This document shows positions 1-8,591 of a stretch of DNA of 39,134 nt, one piece after another (positions within the stretch are counted from its first letter, which is position 1; every line of letters starts with the position of its first letter). A model generated the notes under the pieces. It made no database searches. It saw nothing but the letters and a program-made list of their open reading frames with translations, and was not told the origin of the DNA. Source of the stretch: Gammaproteobacteria bacterium (GTDB lineage: Bacteria > Pseudomonadota > Gammaproteobacteria > Xanthomonadales > Marinicellaceae); contig JAUHXW010000001.1 in assembly GCA_030426705.1 (NCBI GenBank), positions 1 through 39,134 of the forward strand, given 5' to 3'. The position numbers and the translations under genes were made by a program.

Positions 1-856
1 TCGCTGTCAGAATTTGTGCGGTTTTAAACGATGTCAGCGTTTTACCCGATCCTGTGGTGTGCCAGATGTAACCGTAATCATCGGAATTTCTGACCTGATT
101 GACAATCGCTTCCGTGGCGTAATATTGATAAGGTCGCAACACCATCAGCATCTTTTCGGTTTCATTCAACACGATGTACTGACTGATCATTTTGGCCAAA
201 TGATTGGGCAATAAAAACTCAGCCGAGAAATCAGTTAATTGCGTAACCAACTTGTTCTTTTCGGTGGTCCAATAAAAAGTCTGTTTAAAAGAACGTGATG
301 GAATGGCATTATTCGCGAAGTATTTGGTGTTCACGCCATTAGAAATCACAAACAACTGCACAAACTGAAACAATCCATGGCCCGACCAAAAGGAATGCTT
401 TTCATAGCGATTGATTTGATTAAAAGCTTCCTTGAGTTCCAGTCCGCGGCGCTTCAATTCAATTTGCACCAAAGGCAAGCCATTGATCAATAGAGTGACA
501 TCATAACGGTTCTTGTACCGACCTTCCATGCGCACTTGTTGTGTGACCTGAAAGCTGTTTTTATCCAAATCCAGACTGTCTAACAATTGCACTGTCTTGG
601 TATCACCAGCCGCATCCATATAAGTGACCCGATCACGCAGGATTTTGGCACGGTTAAAGACATTGCCCTTATTGATGTTATTGAGGATTTGCTTGAATTC
701 GTGGTCGGATAATGTGACCTGATTCAAACGTTCTAACTGAACCTTGAAATTCGCCACAAGTTCCTTGTCATCCGTGACATGAACCCGCTCATAGCCCAAC
801 TCAACCAATTGTTTAATCAGGTTATTTTCAAGGGCTTGTTCGGCTTGGGTGGTCAT
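1..856 (-). CDS. hsdR: Type I restriction endonuclease subunit R, N-terminal part; runs off the window edge
   Basis: Not in the ORF track; translated by hand from ATG at 856: MTTQAEQALENNLIKQL...NRYDVTLLINGLPLVQIELKRRG (nuclease motif)...AFNQINRY...LRPYQYYA...GYIWHTTGSGKT (Walker A). Confidence 0.95.
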   Translation of the reverse strand, partial: MTTQAEQALENNLIKQLVELGYERVHVTDDKELVANFKVQLERLNQVTLSDHEFKQILNNINKGNVFNRAKILRDRVTYMDAAGDTKTVQLLDSLDLDKNSFQVTQQVRMEGRYKNRYDVTLLINGLPLVQIELKRRGLELKEAFNQINRYEKHSFWSGHGLFQFVQLFVISNGVNTKYFANNAIPSRSFKQTFYWTTEKNKLVTQLTDFSAEFLLPNHLAKMISQYIVLNETEKMLMVLRPYQYYATEAIVNQVRNSDDYGYIWHTTGSGKTLTSFKTAQILTA

Positions 857-1141
857 TTTTCTTACTTTTTTACAAATAGTTTAGCATTGTTTTATTTTGC
901 GGCATTTTTTGCCGCAAATGTGAATAATTATAAACCGACCAAAGTGTCCCATGTCCCAGGACACGGGATAACTTAAAAAAGACCCAAATTGGGTACTAAA
1001 GGCTCCTTTTGGGGTCTTTTCAATCTTTATATCCCTAAAATCTATATCCATATTTAACAATTTCGTCGTTTTCTTAATTAAAAACCCTGCTTATTTAAGT
1101 TTTAAGCCATTTTCTTAAATAAGAATCACAAATGGCTTTGC

Positions 1142-1266
1142 TTCCCCTCTTGCGCCGTGCTGAGCTTGTCGGCCTCTACCGCATCCTGCTATCGCGACAC
1201 ACTTACATCCTTGTAAGCGAAGTAAGTGGGGTTAGGGGTGTGTAAATGGGCTCTGCCCATCAAAAC
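1142..1266. repeat. Composite REP-like repeat copy A, carrying an extra 48-bp insert at 1172-1219
   Basis: ttcccctcttgcgccgtgctgagcttgtcg[48 bp]aagtaagtggggttaggggtgtgtaaatgggctctgcccatcaaaac; direct copies at 2511 and 4083. Confidence 0.9.
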
Positions 1267-1286
1267 TCCAAATAACTGATTGTTGT

Positions 1287-1308
1287 GGTGGGCTGAGCCC
1301 ACCCCTAC
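1287..1308 (-). repeat. GTAG-type REP palindrome
   Basis: Minus strand reads GTAG-gggtgggctcagcccacc; pairs with the tgggctctgccca palindrome near 1247-1259. Confidence 0.65.
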
Positions 1309-1318
1309 CGTCTAAAAA

Positions 1319-1342
1319 CAACGTCTCTGACCCCATTGATTC
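1319..1342. repeat. Left 24-bp inverted repeat of the toxin-antitoxin unit
   Basis: caacgtctctgaccccattgattc matches the reverse complement of 2480-2503 at 23/24 positions. Confidence 0.9.
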
Positions 1343-1352
1343 GTAATACCAC

Positions 1353-1793
1353 TCACTTCAATAATTGCGGATGATTTTTGCTGATCCAATGATTCACTTT
1401 TTCAAATAAAATATTTGCCAACTTAATACAGGCTTCACAGGCTTGGTTGGTAACCAATTCACCTGAGTAATCGGCCACATTTCTTTGCTTTCTTAATGAG
1501 TCCAGTTCAATAACTACAGAGCGCTCAAGGCCTATGGTTTGCGAGAGTGACTGAATCATGGTCATATGATGGCCGGGTTTACTGGTTAGGGTGCGATAAC
1601 CATTCGACTGTAAAGCTGCATTGGCCAGTTGCATCACAGCTTTGTAAGCAACATCAAAACGGGTTTCATTACTTAGTCCTTCAATAGCCACATCATTTAA
1701 GCATGCATTAGCGGCAAACAATAAACGCTGTATCATGATTGGATCTGACTCCACCCTTTCTATGCTGATACCTACAAGATTACTTAATGTCAT
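1353..1793 (-). CDS. HEPN-domain protein, putative toxin of an MNT-HEPN toxin-antitoxin pair
   Basis: All-helical ~146 aa with RKQRNVADY near the C-terminus; overlaps the MNT gene. Start moved to ATG 1793 (MTLSNL), preceded by GGAG. Confidence 0.7.
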   Translation of the reverse strand: MTLSNLVGISIERVESDPIMIQRLLFAANACLNDVAIEGLSNETRFDVAYKAVMQLANAALQSNGYRTLTSKPGHHMTMIQSLSQTIGLERSVVIELDSLRKQRNVADYSGELVTNQACEACIKLANILFEKVNHWISKNHPQLLK

Positions 1794-2364
1794 CACGATC
1801 TCCAATAATAGGAATGACATCGTCACTCAACAAGTCTTTGAAAAATGGACTCGGGTTTTCAAGATGTTCCAACCACTCCGATACAGAAAAACATTTTGGA
1901 TTGATCTCGCGACCCAAGCGCTCCTGAACATCATAAAAGGCATTGATTACATCACTATAAGTTACTTCACCTATGACACACACGTCCACATCGCTGTTTT
2001 GGTTCGCTCGGTTTTTAGCCACTGAACCGAACACAAAAGCAGCTTCAATCTCACCCTGTAAAGGCAACAAAGCCTCAGCCAAAACATCAGCAAGCCCCGA
2101 AGTCTTGCGTAAGATGCTGGCCAATTCGTCATAAATGGGACACTGTCGATTGGCCGTATAGGTCACTTGATTCCCCTGACGGGCGGACAGCAGCAAACCA
2201 GATTCAGCCAATTTCTTTAACTCACGTCCAGTCGTTCCTGCGATTGTTCCAGTCAGCCGAGCCACCTCACGAACATGATAAACCTGCTCAGGATGCAGCA
2301 ACAACAAACCCAATATTCTTTTGCGGTAGTCCTTAAATAGAATATCTGTCAGCTTTGTAGTCAT
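1780..2364 (-). CDS. Winged-HTH plus minimal nucleotidyltransferase (MNT) antitoxin
   Basis: N-terminal wHTH (YHVREVARLT...RELKKLAESGLL); pol-beta motif FVFGSVAK...SDVDVCVIG. Confidence 0.85.
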   Translation of the reverse strand: MTTKLTDILFKDYRKRILGLLLLHPEQVYHVREVARLTGTIAGTTGRELKKLAESGLLLSARQGNQVTYTANRQCPIYDELASILRKTSGLADVLAEALLPLQGEIEAAFVFGSVAKNRANQNSDVDVCVIGEVTYSDVINAFYDVQERLGREINPKCFSVSEWLEHLENPSPFFKDLLSDDVIPIIGDRDDIK

Positions 2365-2479
2365 AAAATATCAACATAACGTTGCAATTTTAGCTACAAT
2401 TGTAGCTTTTTTTGCAACATGATGCAATTTCTATTACCTTAGATTGTTAAGCGAGCCGAGTCCTTATTTCCGGGGAGTG

Positions 2480-2503
2480 GAATCAATGGGGTCAGAGATG
2501 TTG
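2480..2503. repeat. Right 24-bp inverted repeat of the toxin-antitoxin unit
   Basis: gaatcaatggggtcagagatgttg. Confidence 0.9.
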
Positions 2504-2510
2504 ATTCTGT

Positions 2511-2597
2511 TTCCCCTCTTGCGCCGTGCTGAGCTTGTCGAAGTAAGAGGGGTTAAGGTGTGTTAAGCAAAGCAGAATGGGCTCTGCCCATCAAAAC
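2511..2597. repeat. Composite REP-like repeat copy B
   Basis: ttcccctcttgcgccgtgctgagcttgtcgaagtaagaggggttaaggtgtgt...atgggctctgcccatcaaaac. Confidence 0.9.
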
Positions 2598-2601
2598 CCT
2601 C

Positions 2602-2626
2602 TTTAAAGAGTGCGCACACCTTTAAA
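2602..2626. repeat. Short palindrome abutting the stop codon of the 463-aa gene
   Basis: tttaaag-agtgcgcacac-ctttaaa. Confidence 0.7.
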
Positions 2627-4018
2627 TTAATATGACCTAATTTTTATACACCTGTATTGAGCGGTGTCATCTGTTACGCCATCATAACAAATCTGCTCTC
2701 CATCAAAAAATGGTGGACTCTGATCGTAGTGATTGAGGTATGGTTGATAACCCTGCTGTGCTTTTTCAATGACCAGTTCCCATGAACCCTCTTGGTGGTA
2801 AGCCCTGATTAACTGCTGACCCATATCAAAAGCGTGCATTCTTGCAGGGTACAAGAGATATGACTTCATATTATCAGTAAAGTATGAAGCTAATTTATTA
2901 GACAAAAATCCTCGTATTAATGGATATTTTGCCTCAGCTTGGAATGTATTGTAACCATCATAAAATTCTTTGGGAGATAGTGTTGTAAATGCCAATGTAG
3001 GCTTAATTGATTGATGGTACATGATGTTTAAGGTCAAATTAGCTTTAAATGCCATTGGTAAAACCATATTGACTATCGCAGACCCAATCCCTTTTTTAGA
3101 GGGGCGATTTAAATAATGGGGATTTTCAAATAATAACTGTTGTAAGCGTACCCAATTACTCAAATCATAAACCAAAGCCGCAGACAAATCTTTTTCCATC
3201 TGCGACAAAGGCTTAACCAATGCACTGATACGTTTGTCTTTTTTATCTATTCGATCTGATAGAATGAGTTGACTGATTACGTCTATGTTCCAGTCCAATT
3301 GAGACAATAAAACCATTTTGCACAACAAAGTTTCTGCTTGGGATAATTTTGCCCTGATATTCATCACATTATCTGTAATCAACTCAAAAAACACATCAAC
3401 ATCACCATTTTCTAAGCGCTCTAAAGCTTCTATCAAGGCCAATTGATTCCCGTAAGAAAGGTATCGATAATTGGGTATAGGTGTTTCAAAATACGATCGA
3501 TGCAAAGGATGGAAACTTGAATATTTGAAAAATTGTTTATACCTTTTCAGTATTAATTCATTATCTCGAGCAGCTTCTAACCGCTCGGAACTTGCATTTA
3601 ATATGCTATCAACACATTTTGATTCTGCAAAAGTGCAGAAAAAATCTTCATGCTTAACTTTGATACTATCAAACTCATCCATAAATGAAGCATCATAAGG
3701 TTCCCATTCATGCTTGTAGTTATCATTGGCTGCATTCACTTGTTGAATCAACCTCAGTCCATCTGCATAGGGGTCATCTGAAACTAAATCGATACCCCAC
3801 AAAAAAACAAATGCATTAACAGGAACATCGTGCTTGAAATCATAATCAATGAATTCCGAAACCTCAGAATCCAATTCTTCGTCAACAAAAAATAAAACCA
3901 ATGATTTTAATAAATCAACCGAGAACTGCATATCCTCATCATCTGTCTTGGTTTTTGTTAAAGATAGTGCCGAGAATGAGAATAAAAGTAATATCAGAAA
4001 GCAAAAGTTCTTTTTCAT
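2627..4018 (-). CDS. Hypothetical exported protein, 463 aa
   Basis: Long ORF; N-terminus MKKNFCFLILLLFSFSALS looks like a Sec signal peptide; no family recognised. Confidence 0.8.
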   Translation of the reverse strand: MKKNFCFLILLLFSFSALSLTKTKTDDEDMQFSVDLLKSLVLFFVDEELDSEVSEFIDYDFKHDVPVNAFVFLWGIDLVSDDPYADGLRLIQQVNAANDNYKHEWEPYDASFMDEFDSIKVKHEDFFCTFAESKCVDSILNASSERLEAARDNELILKRYKQFFKYSSFHPLHRSYFETPIPNYRYLSYGNQLALIEALERLENGDVDVFFELITDNVMNIRAKLSQAETLLCKMVLLSQLDWNIDVISQLILSDRIDKKDKRISALVKPLSQMEKDLSAALVYDLSNWVRLQQLLFENPHYLNRPSKKGIGSAIVNMVLPMAFKANLTLNIMYHQSIKPTLAFTTLSPKEFYDGYNTFQAEAKYPLIRGFLSNKLASYFTDNMKSYLLYPARMHAFDMGQQLIRAYHQEGSWELVIEKAQQGYQPYLNHYDQSPPFFDGEQICYDGVTDDTAQYRCIKIRSY

Positions 4019-4046
4019 GGTTTCTTGTCTGTATTCTTGTGTTTGT

Positions 4047-4077
4047 AAAGTTTAAAGGGTGTTGACTCCTTAACTTT
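4047..4077. repeat. Short palindrome upstream of the 463-aa gene
   Basis: aaagtttaaagggtgttgactccttaacttt; roughly an inverted copy of 2602-2626. Confidence 0.6.
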
Positions 4078-4082
4078 TTTTC

Positions 4083-4157
4083 TCCCCTCTTGCGCCGTGC
4101 TGAGCTTGTCGAAGCAAGTGGGGTTAGGGGTGTGTAAATGGGCTTTGTCCATCAAAA
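4083..4157. repeat. Composite REP-like repeat copy C
   Basis: tcccctcttgcgccgtgctgagcttgtcgaagcaagtggggttaggggtgtgtaaatgggctttgtccatcaaaa. Confidence 0.9.
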
Positions 4158-4161
4158 AACC

Positions 4162-4221
4162 CTTTTAAAGGGTACTGACCCCTTTACTTACACTTTTAAA
4201 GGGTACTGACCCCTTTACTTA
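4162..4221. repeat. Perfect 29-bp tandem duplication (period 31) of a palindromic unit
   Basis: cttttaaagggtactgacccctttactta at 4162-4190 and 4193-4221. Confidence 0.95.
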
Positions 4222-5109
4222 GAACAATAAAGCATGCCTGGAGTCTGTCCATTTACTGTCTTTGCATCTTAAAAAAGGATACTTACTTTGATTCCAGTCT
4301 TTCGCAGAAAACCGAATGTAAGTCTTGGTGCTGTGATCATCTTCGATTCCATAATCAACTGACTTATCCTTTAAGTGTTTTTCCAAATGCTCTTTTATTT
4401 CTAATAATGCATCAGGCCTGTTCTCAAAGATTAAATCCAGTGCTTGTTTGTGTTCTTTGTAAATGGCTTGGCAAAGTTTTGTGATTGTAGTATCTGTCAT
4501 GATGTGCCTTTCGATGGTTTCTTTGTATTGACTGATGGCGAAGTGAATGTCGTGGCCTAATGTTTCTTTGTGTTCTTTTAATAATTGTTTAAGTGTATCG
4601 AACACCTCTGAATAGGAAAAAGAAATCCAATTATCAGAATCCGAAGCCTCGATACCCTCTGGTGTTAAGAATACGAATATTTGTTTTACACATTTAGGAA
4701 AGTGTTGATTGACTGTTTTATGATATTTTTTAAGTTGGCCTTTAGACTCACCCGCATCAATTTTATTTTCGATGGCACAAACAAATTCTGATTGCTCTGA
4801 GACAATCAATATATCAATGTTTTTCCACTCCCTTCGAATTTGAATGTCATCATAGTTCAACAGGTCTATATCAATGACTGAGACAGCATCAGTCTTCTCT
4901 GCGACTCGAAACAAAAATGGCTTAATAAAACGATCAAAAAGTTGATGATTGGCAGAAGGGTCGAGTAAAAAAGCCAAAAAGTCTGAATGGCGTAATTCCC
5001 TGCGCACAGCGCCTATGGATTCAAAAATATTAAAACCACCAAATTGAGACTCCAATTTGCGAAGGTTTGGGTCTTTGATGAGGTTTTCTATGGCGGTTAT
5101 GTCGTTCAA
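4219..5109 (-). CDS. PD-(D/E)XK nuclease family protein, possibly C-terminally truncated
   Basis: RRELRHSDFLAFLLDP, IDILI...AIENKIDAGE..QL..Y motifs; TTG start; the stop codon lies inside the tandem repeat. Confidence 0.85.
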   Translation of the reverse strand: MNDITAIENLIKDPNLRKLESQFGGFNIFESIGAVRRELRHSDFLAFLLDPSANHQLFDRFIKPFLFRVAEKTDAVSVIDIDLLNYDDIQIRREWKNIDILIVSEQSEFVCAIENKIDAGESKGQLKKYHKTVNQHFPKCVKQIFVFLTPEGIEASDSDNWISFSYSEVFDTLKQLLKEHKETLGHDIHFAISQYKETIERHIMTDTTITKLCQAIYKEHKQALDLIFENRPDALLEIKEHLEKHLKDKSVDYGIEDDHSTKTYIRFSAKDWNQSKYPFLRCKDSKWTDSRHALLF

Positions 5110-5134
5110 TTAATTTCTCTTTGTTTGTTTATTT

Positions 5135-5155
5135 TTAAGGGGACTGATCTCTTAA
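5135..5155. repeat. Short palindrome upstream of the PD-(D/E)XK gene
   Basis: ttaaggggactgatctcttaa; resembles the reverse complement of the 4197-4217 unit (taaaggggtcagtacccttta). Confidence 0.7.
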
Positions 5156-5191
5156 GTTATATAATGCAGCCTAAAGCAATTACTACCGATT

Positions 5192-6655
5192 TCACAATAG
5201 TTGCAAGCATCTTTCTAATATTTCCTGATTATTAATTATCACAATATTTAATCTTTTTCTTGTACGAGTGATATTTTGAAATAACATGTAAACAGGATGA
5301 TAATAAGATTTTGCTTTGTAAATTAATTTTCCTTCGTTGTTGTAAGTAAAATTCTCATCAATTACTACAACGACATTATCAAACTCTTGTCCAATTACTT
5401 CATGTGAGTTTTGAAAAGCTATTTCCGAATATTTTTCATGATATTCAAGATTGAACATTGATGCTGTAAAGCGTAAAAATTTCCAGTCTTCAGAAACAGT
5501 AGCTAAATAATTCTTTGTATCTTCAATAGAATTGAAATAATTTAAATTAATATTATCTTTTGAAACAACCTGAATATTTCTTTTTAAATCGAAAAATGCC
5601 TTAATAAAAGTTGAAATCTCTTTATTTGTTCTAATTTTTTCTGAAAGTTTATGTGTTGTAATTGAACTTATACTACTAATGGTTTTATCAATGTTTCGGT
5701 TTTTTTCCGAAAAGGAAAGAGTCTGCAACTTATCGTATGAAAAAATACAACTCCCTTTAGCTTTGCTTATTTCCGTTATAATCAAATTTAATTGCTTTGC
5801 TTTAATCCGTTGGGCCTCATCTATAATTAATACGTCATAATCAGATAACTTACAGTGTCTAAGGTTTTTTATTGGTACTATATCCAACCCAAAAGTTTTT
5901 AATTTAACTTGGCCTGCATTTAGGTTGCCACAATGAACAATCAATGCTTTTTTTGTTTTACTGATTTCTTTTACAATATCATAAACTAATAAGGTTTTAC
6001 CTGTTCCTGCACTTCCTGTTACTGAAATAAAATTTTCAGTCCGACTTTTAGTAACAGACTGAATGATTTGTTTTTTTATTAGCTCTTGATGATTAGTCAG
6101 AAAGTATTTATCTTCTAAAAAGCTATCTGTAGAATTAAATGGAGAAACTAAATAGTCAGAGGGGTTAAACATGTCATCAAGCTTATTAATTTTTATCAAT
6201 TCTTGACCCACTAACAAATTATTTAAAAAGGAAGAATCAGCAACCTCCAAATTATCTTCAGTATTTAAATAAAATATTTTTTGAGAACTTGACTCAAAAG
6301 TAAAATTATATATCTGTTTTCCCAAATAACTAAGATAATACTTATTTCTTAGTAATTGCTTTTTTATCTTTTCTTCAGTGCTCGAACTTTTCAGTTCAAT
6401 ATTAAGTACATAATTTACCCCAAATCTAAGCAAGTCAAATTCTTTTCCAATTTGAGGGATTTTATAACTTACATAAAACTCATTAAAAATATTTTTATTA
6501 CTTTCATTATCATCAAGTAGGTTAACTAATACCTTAATATCAGCAACTTCTTCACTTTTAATTTCTATTTTATAATGATTTAAAAATTTTTCGTAGCAAC
6601 TTACCTCTAGCGAATCTTGTGCTTGGGTTAGAGAAAATAGATTTATGGGCTTCAT
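5192..6655 (-). CDS. SF1 helicase/ATPase (DUF2075/Schlafen-group-like) with an N-terminal PD-(D/E)XK/NERD-like domain
   Basis: EFDLL...NIELKS nuclease-like motif; Walker A TGSAGTGKT; Walker B IIDEAQR; VIGQEFDNVVV and FQNITRTRK (SF1 motifs V/VI); very AT-rich. Confidence 0.8.
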   Translation of the reverse strand: MKPINLFSLTQAQDSLEVSCYEKFLNHYKIEIKSEEVADIKVLVNLLDDNESNKNIFNEFYVSYKIPQIGKEFDLLRFGVNYVLNIELKSSSTEEKIKKQLLRNKYYLSYLGKQIYNFTFESSSQKIFYLNTEDNLEVADSSFLNNLLVGQELIKINKLDDMFNPSDYLVSPFNSTDSFLEDKYFLTNHQELIKKQIIQSVTKSRTENFISVTGSAGTGKTLLVYDIVKEISKTKKALIVHCGNLNAGQVKLKTFGLDIVPIKNLRHCKLSDYDVLIIDEAQRIKAKQLNLIITEISKAKGSCIFSYDKLQTLSFSEKNRNIDKTISSISSITTHKLSEKIRTNKEISTFIKAFFDLKRNIQVVSKDNINLNYFNSIEDTKNYLATVSEDWKFLRFTASMFNLEYHEKYSEIAFQNSHEVIGQEFDNVVVVIDENFTYNNEGKLIYKAKSYYHPVYMLFQNITRTRKRLNIVIINNQEILERCLQLL

Positions 6656-6676
6656 CAGAATTAAATATGTTCGTAT

Positions 6677-8591
6677 TTATAAACAATCATTGTTATTGCA
6701 CTTTTCAATGTGCTTAAAAATTTGTAAACACAAATCTCTGAGCTGTTTATTAAGAGTGAATTCAATATCTCCCTTTTCCATTATTGCTACTACAGCTTCA
6801 CAGAATTCTGTTTTATTTTTTAATGATCCGGTTTTTTCATTTTTAGTTTTTGCTGGAGGTTCTGAGAAATAATCTTTTTCCTGGCTTAAGCAATCATCTA
6901 AAAATTTTCCAACACCATAATTTTTGCTTTTCATGTAACTTTGTGCTCTTAATTTAGATGGATCGAAAATTACACCTTTTTTATCAAGGTTACTGCTTGA
7001 AAATTTTTGTTTGGCAGCCTCTTTCAGAATTGGTAATGGTATTAAATTTTCAATTTCCTTACACTCCAAACACGTAACACCATCTTTTCCTAATGCATTT
7101 TCTAATGTTAGAATTCGATTACCTTTATTCTTTACATCACCATCTGCTATTACTAAAGCGTTTCCAATTAAACTATTTACATTAGTTGTTTTCTGGTTAT
7201 CATCATCCACACCAAAATTGAAATGAGGCAAGTTACTGCCTTGATATTCAACAAAAATGTAGTGGTAATCTTCTATATATCTTGAATATTTGATGTATAA
7301 ATCTTCATCTTCAAGCTTCAATGTCTCAAGATATTTTTTCAAAAAAGATTTTAAGTAAAGTTTATCTGTTACACCTTCAACCCAAATTGATGCATTTGCT
7401 AATAAAACAGATGTATTTCTTACTCCTAAGTCTTTATTGATTTCTCGTAACCCTTTATTAATATTCTTAACTTCAAAATCATTAATTCCCTTTTTTTTCA
7501 GCATAAATATTGAATAGTCTTGAGGTCTTTCAACTGCCAAATCAAGAATATGGTTTGAATGAGTCGTTATAAAATATTGATGCTGAACATTCATCAACAT
7601 TGCTTCCATTAAAACTCTTTGCATACCTGGGTGCATAAATAAATCAGGCTCTTCAATGAAAAACATTGATGGCTCCTCTCTCATAAAAATAGGGAAAGTC
7701 AATATGATCATTTGTCCCAAACCATCTCCTACATCATAAATTCTTCTTTGCTCATCTCCTTCAATCATTAATTCTAAATAACCTTTACTTTCTTGATTTG
7801 GAATTAAAGTTACTTCTCTACCCTGAAAAAATGTATTTGATAAAAACTCTTGGTACTTCTTTGCAAGATCTCTGTTAGCTGGAGAGCCTAAAAGCATTGT
7901 TTTAAAATTACTGTATATTGATTTGCCTGAGAATATCTGAAGCTCTTTGTTATTCAATTTTTGAGTATTAAATGGCTTTGCATTCAATCTGTAAATTTCA
8001 TTAATGCGATCAAAGTAATAATCTTTCTTATTCTCCTCTTCTCCATCAAGAGGATAAGAACCTCTTAGAACGGGTACATAACATTTATGAAAAGCATTCT
8101 CTTTTCTAATTACATTTTCATATTCTATTAATATTTCATTCATTTCATGAAGTTTTTTGATTCCATCATTGTTTTCATTGATTGTCTTGATATCTTCAGC
8201 TACTCCCCTGAAATGTTTAATAAATTCTAGATTAAAACCATCGTAAATCTCTGGCGTGAATTTAACATTTATATTTTCAGCAACAGGATTATTTTCGAAC
8301 ACTAAATTTAAAGTTTTAGCATTCATTTTGAAATTAGATTCAGATATTATGTTATTGACAGTTCTATTGAAGTCAAAACTCAACTCTTTTAAACTTTTCA
8401 CTCGCAATTGCTCTGATAAACCTACTTTTCCCCGAGTTATTCTTTCCGATAAATACATTTATTTTTGAAAATCCAGAGAATGTATTTTCTTTCAGACCGA
8501 GTTGGGAAAAAACTGATTTAACACCATAATTATCTATTTCTAATTCAGATAAATTTAATTGTCTTGCCAAATTTTTATTTGGTTCTTTCAC
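6677..8591 (-). pseudogene. OLD-family ABC-ATPase/TOPRIM nuclease split by a +1 frameshift near 8373-8378 (pseudogene, sequence error or recoded gene)
   Basis: 72-aa ORF 8373-8591 carries Walker A IGKNNSGKS; overlapping ORF 6677-8458 carries signature-like VGDGLGQ, Walker B FIEEPD, H-loop TTHS, TOPRIM WVEGVTD and DGD; the GTG start overlaps the hsdS TGA. Confidence 0.8.

Noticed and set aside
14-976. Plus-strand ORFs 14-214 and 779-976
   Set aside because: Antisense shadows of hsdR, which the ORF track missed because it runs off the edge
975-1020. Inverted repeat aaaaagacccaaa...tttggggtcttttt upstream of hsdR
   Set aside because: Long loop and single copy; cannot tell terminator, operator and repeat remnant apart
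1142-5155. Integron attC array or CRISPR array
   Set aside because: No RYYYAAC...GTTRRRY bounded sites, no intI or cas gene, and no regular repeat-spacer periodicity; the 29-bp tandem has only a 2-bp spacer
6677-8458. 593-aa ORF as a complete stand-alone gene
   Set aside because: Lacks Walker A, which lies in the upstream overlapping frame
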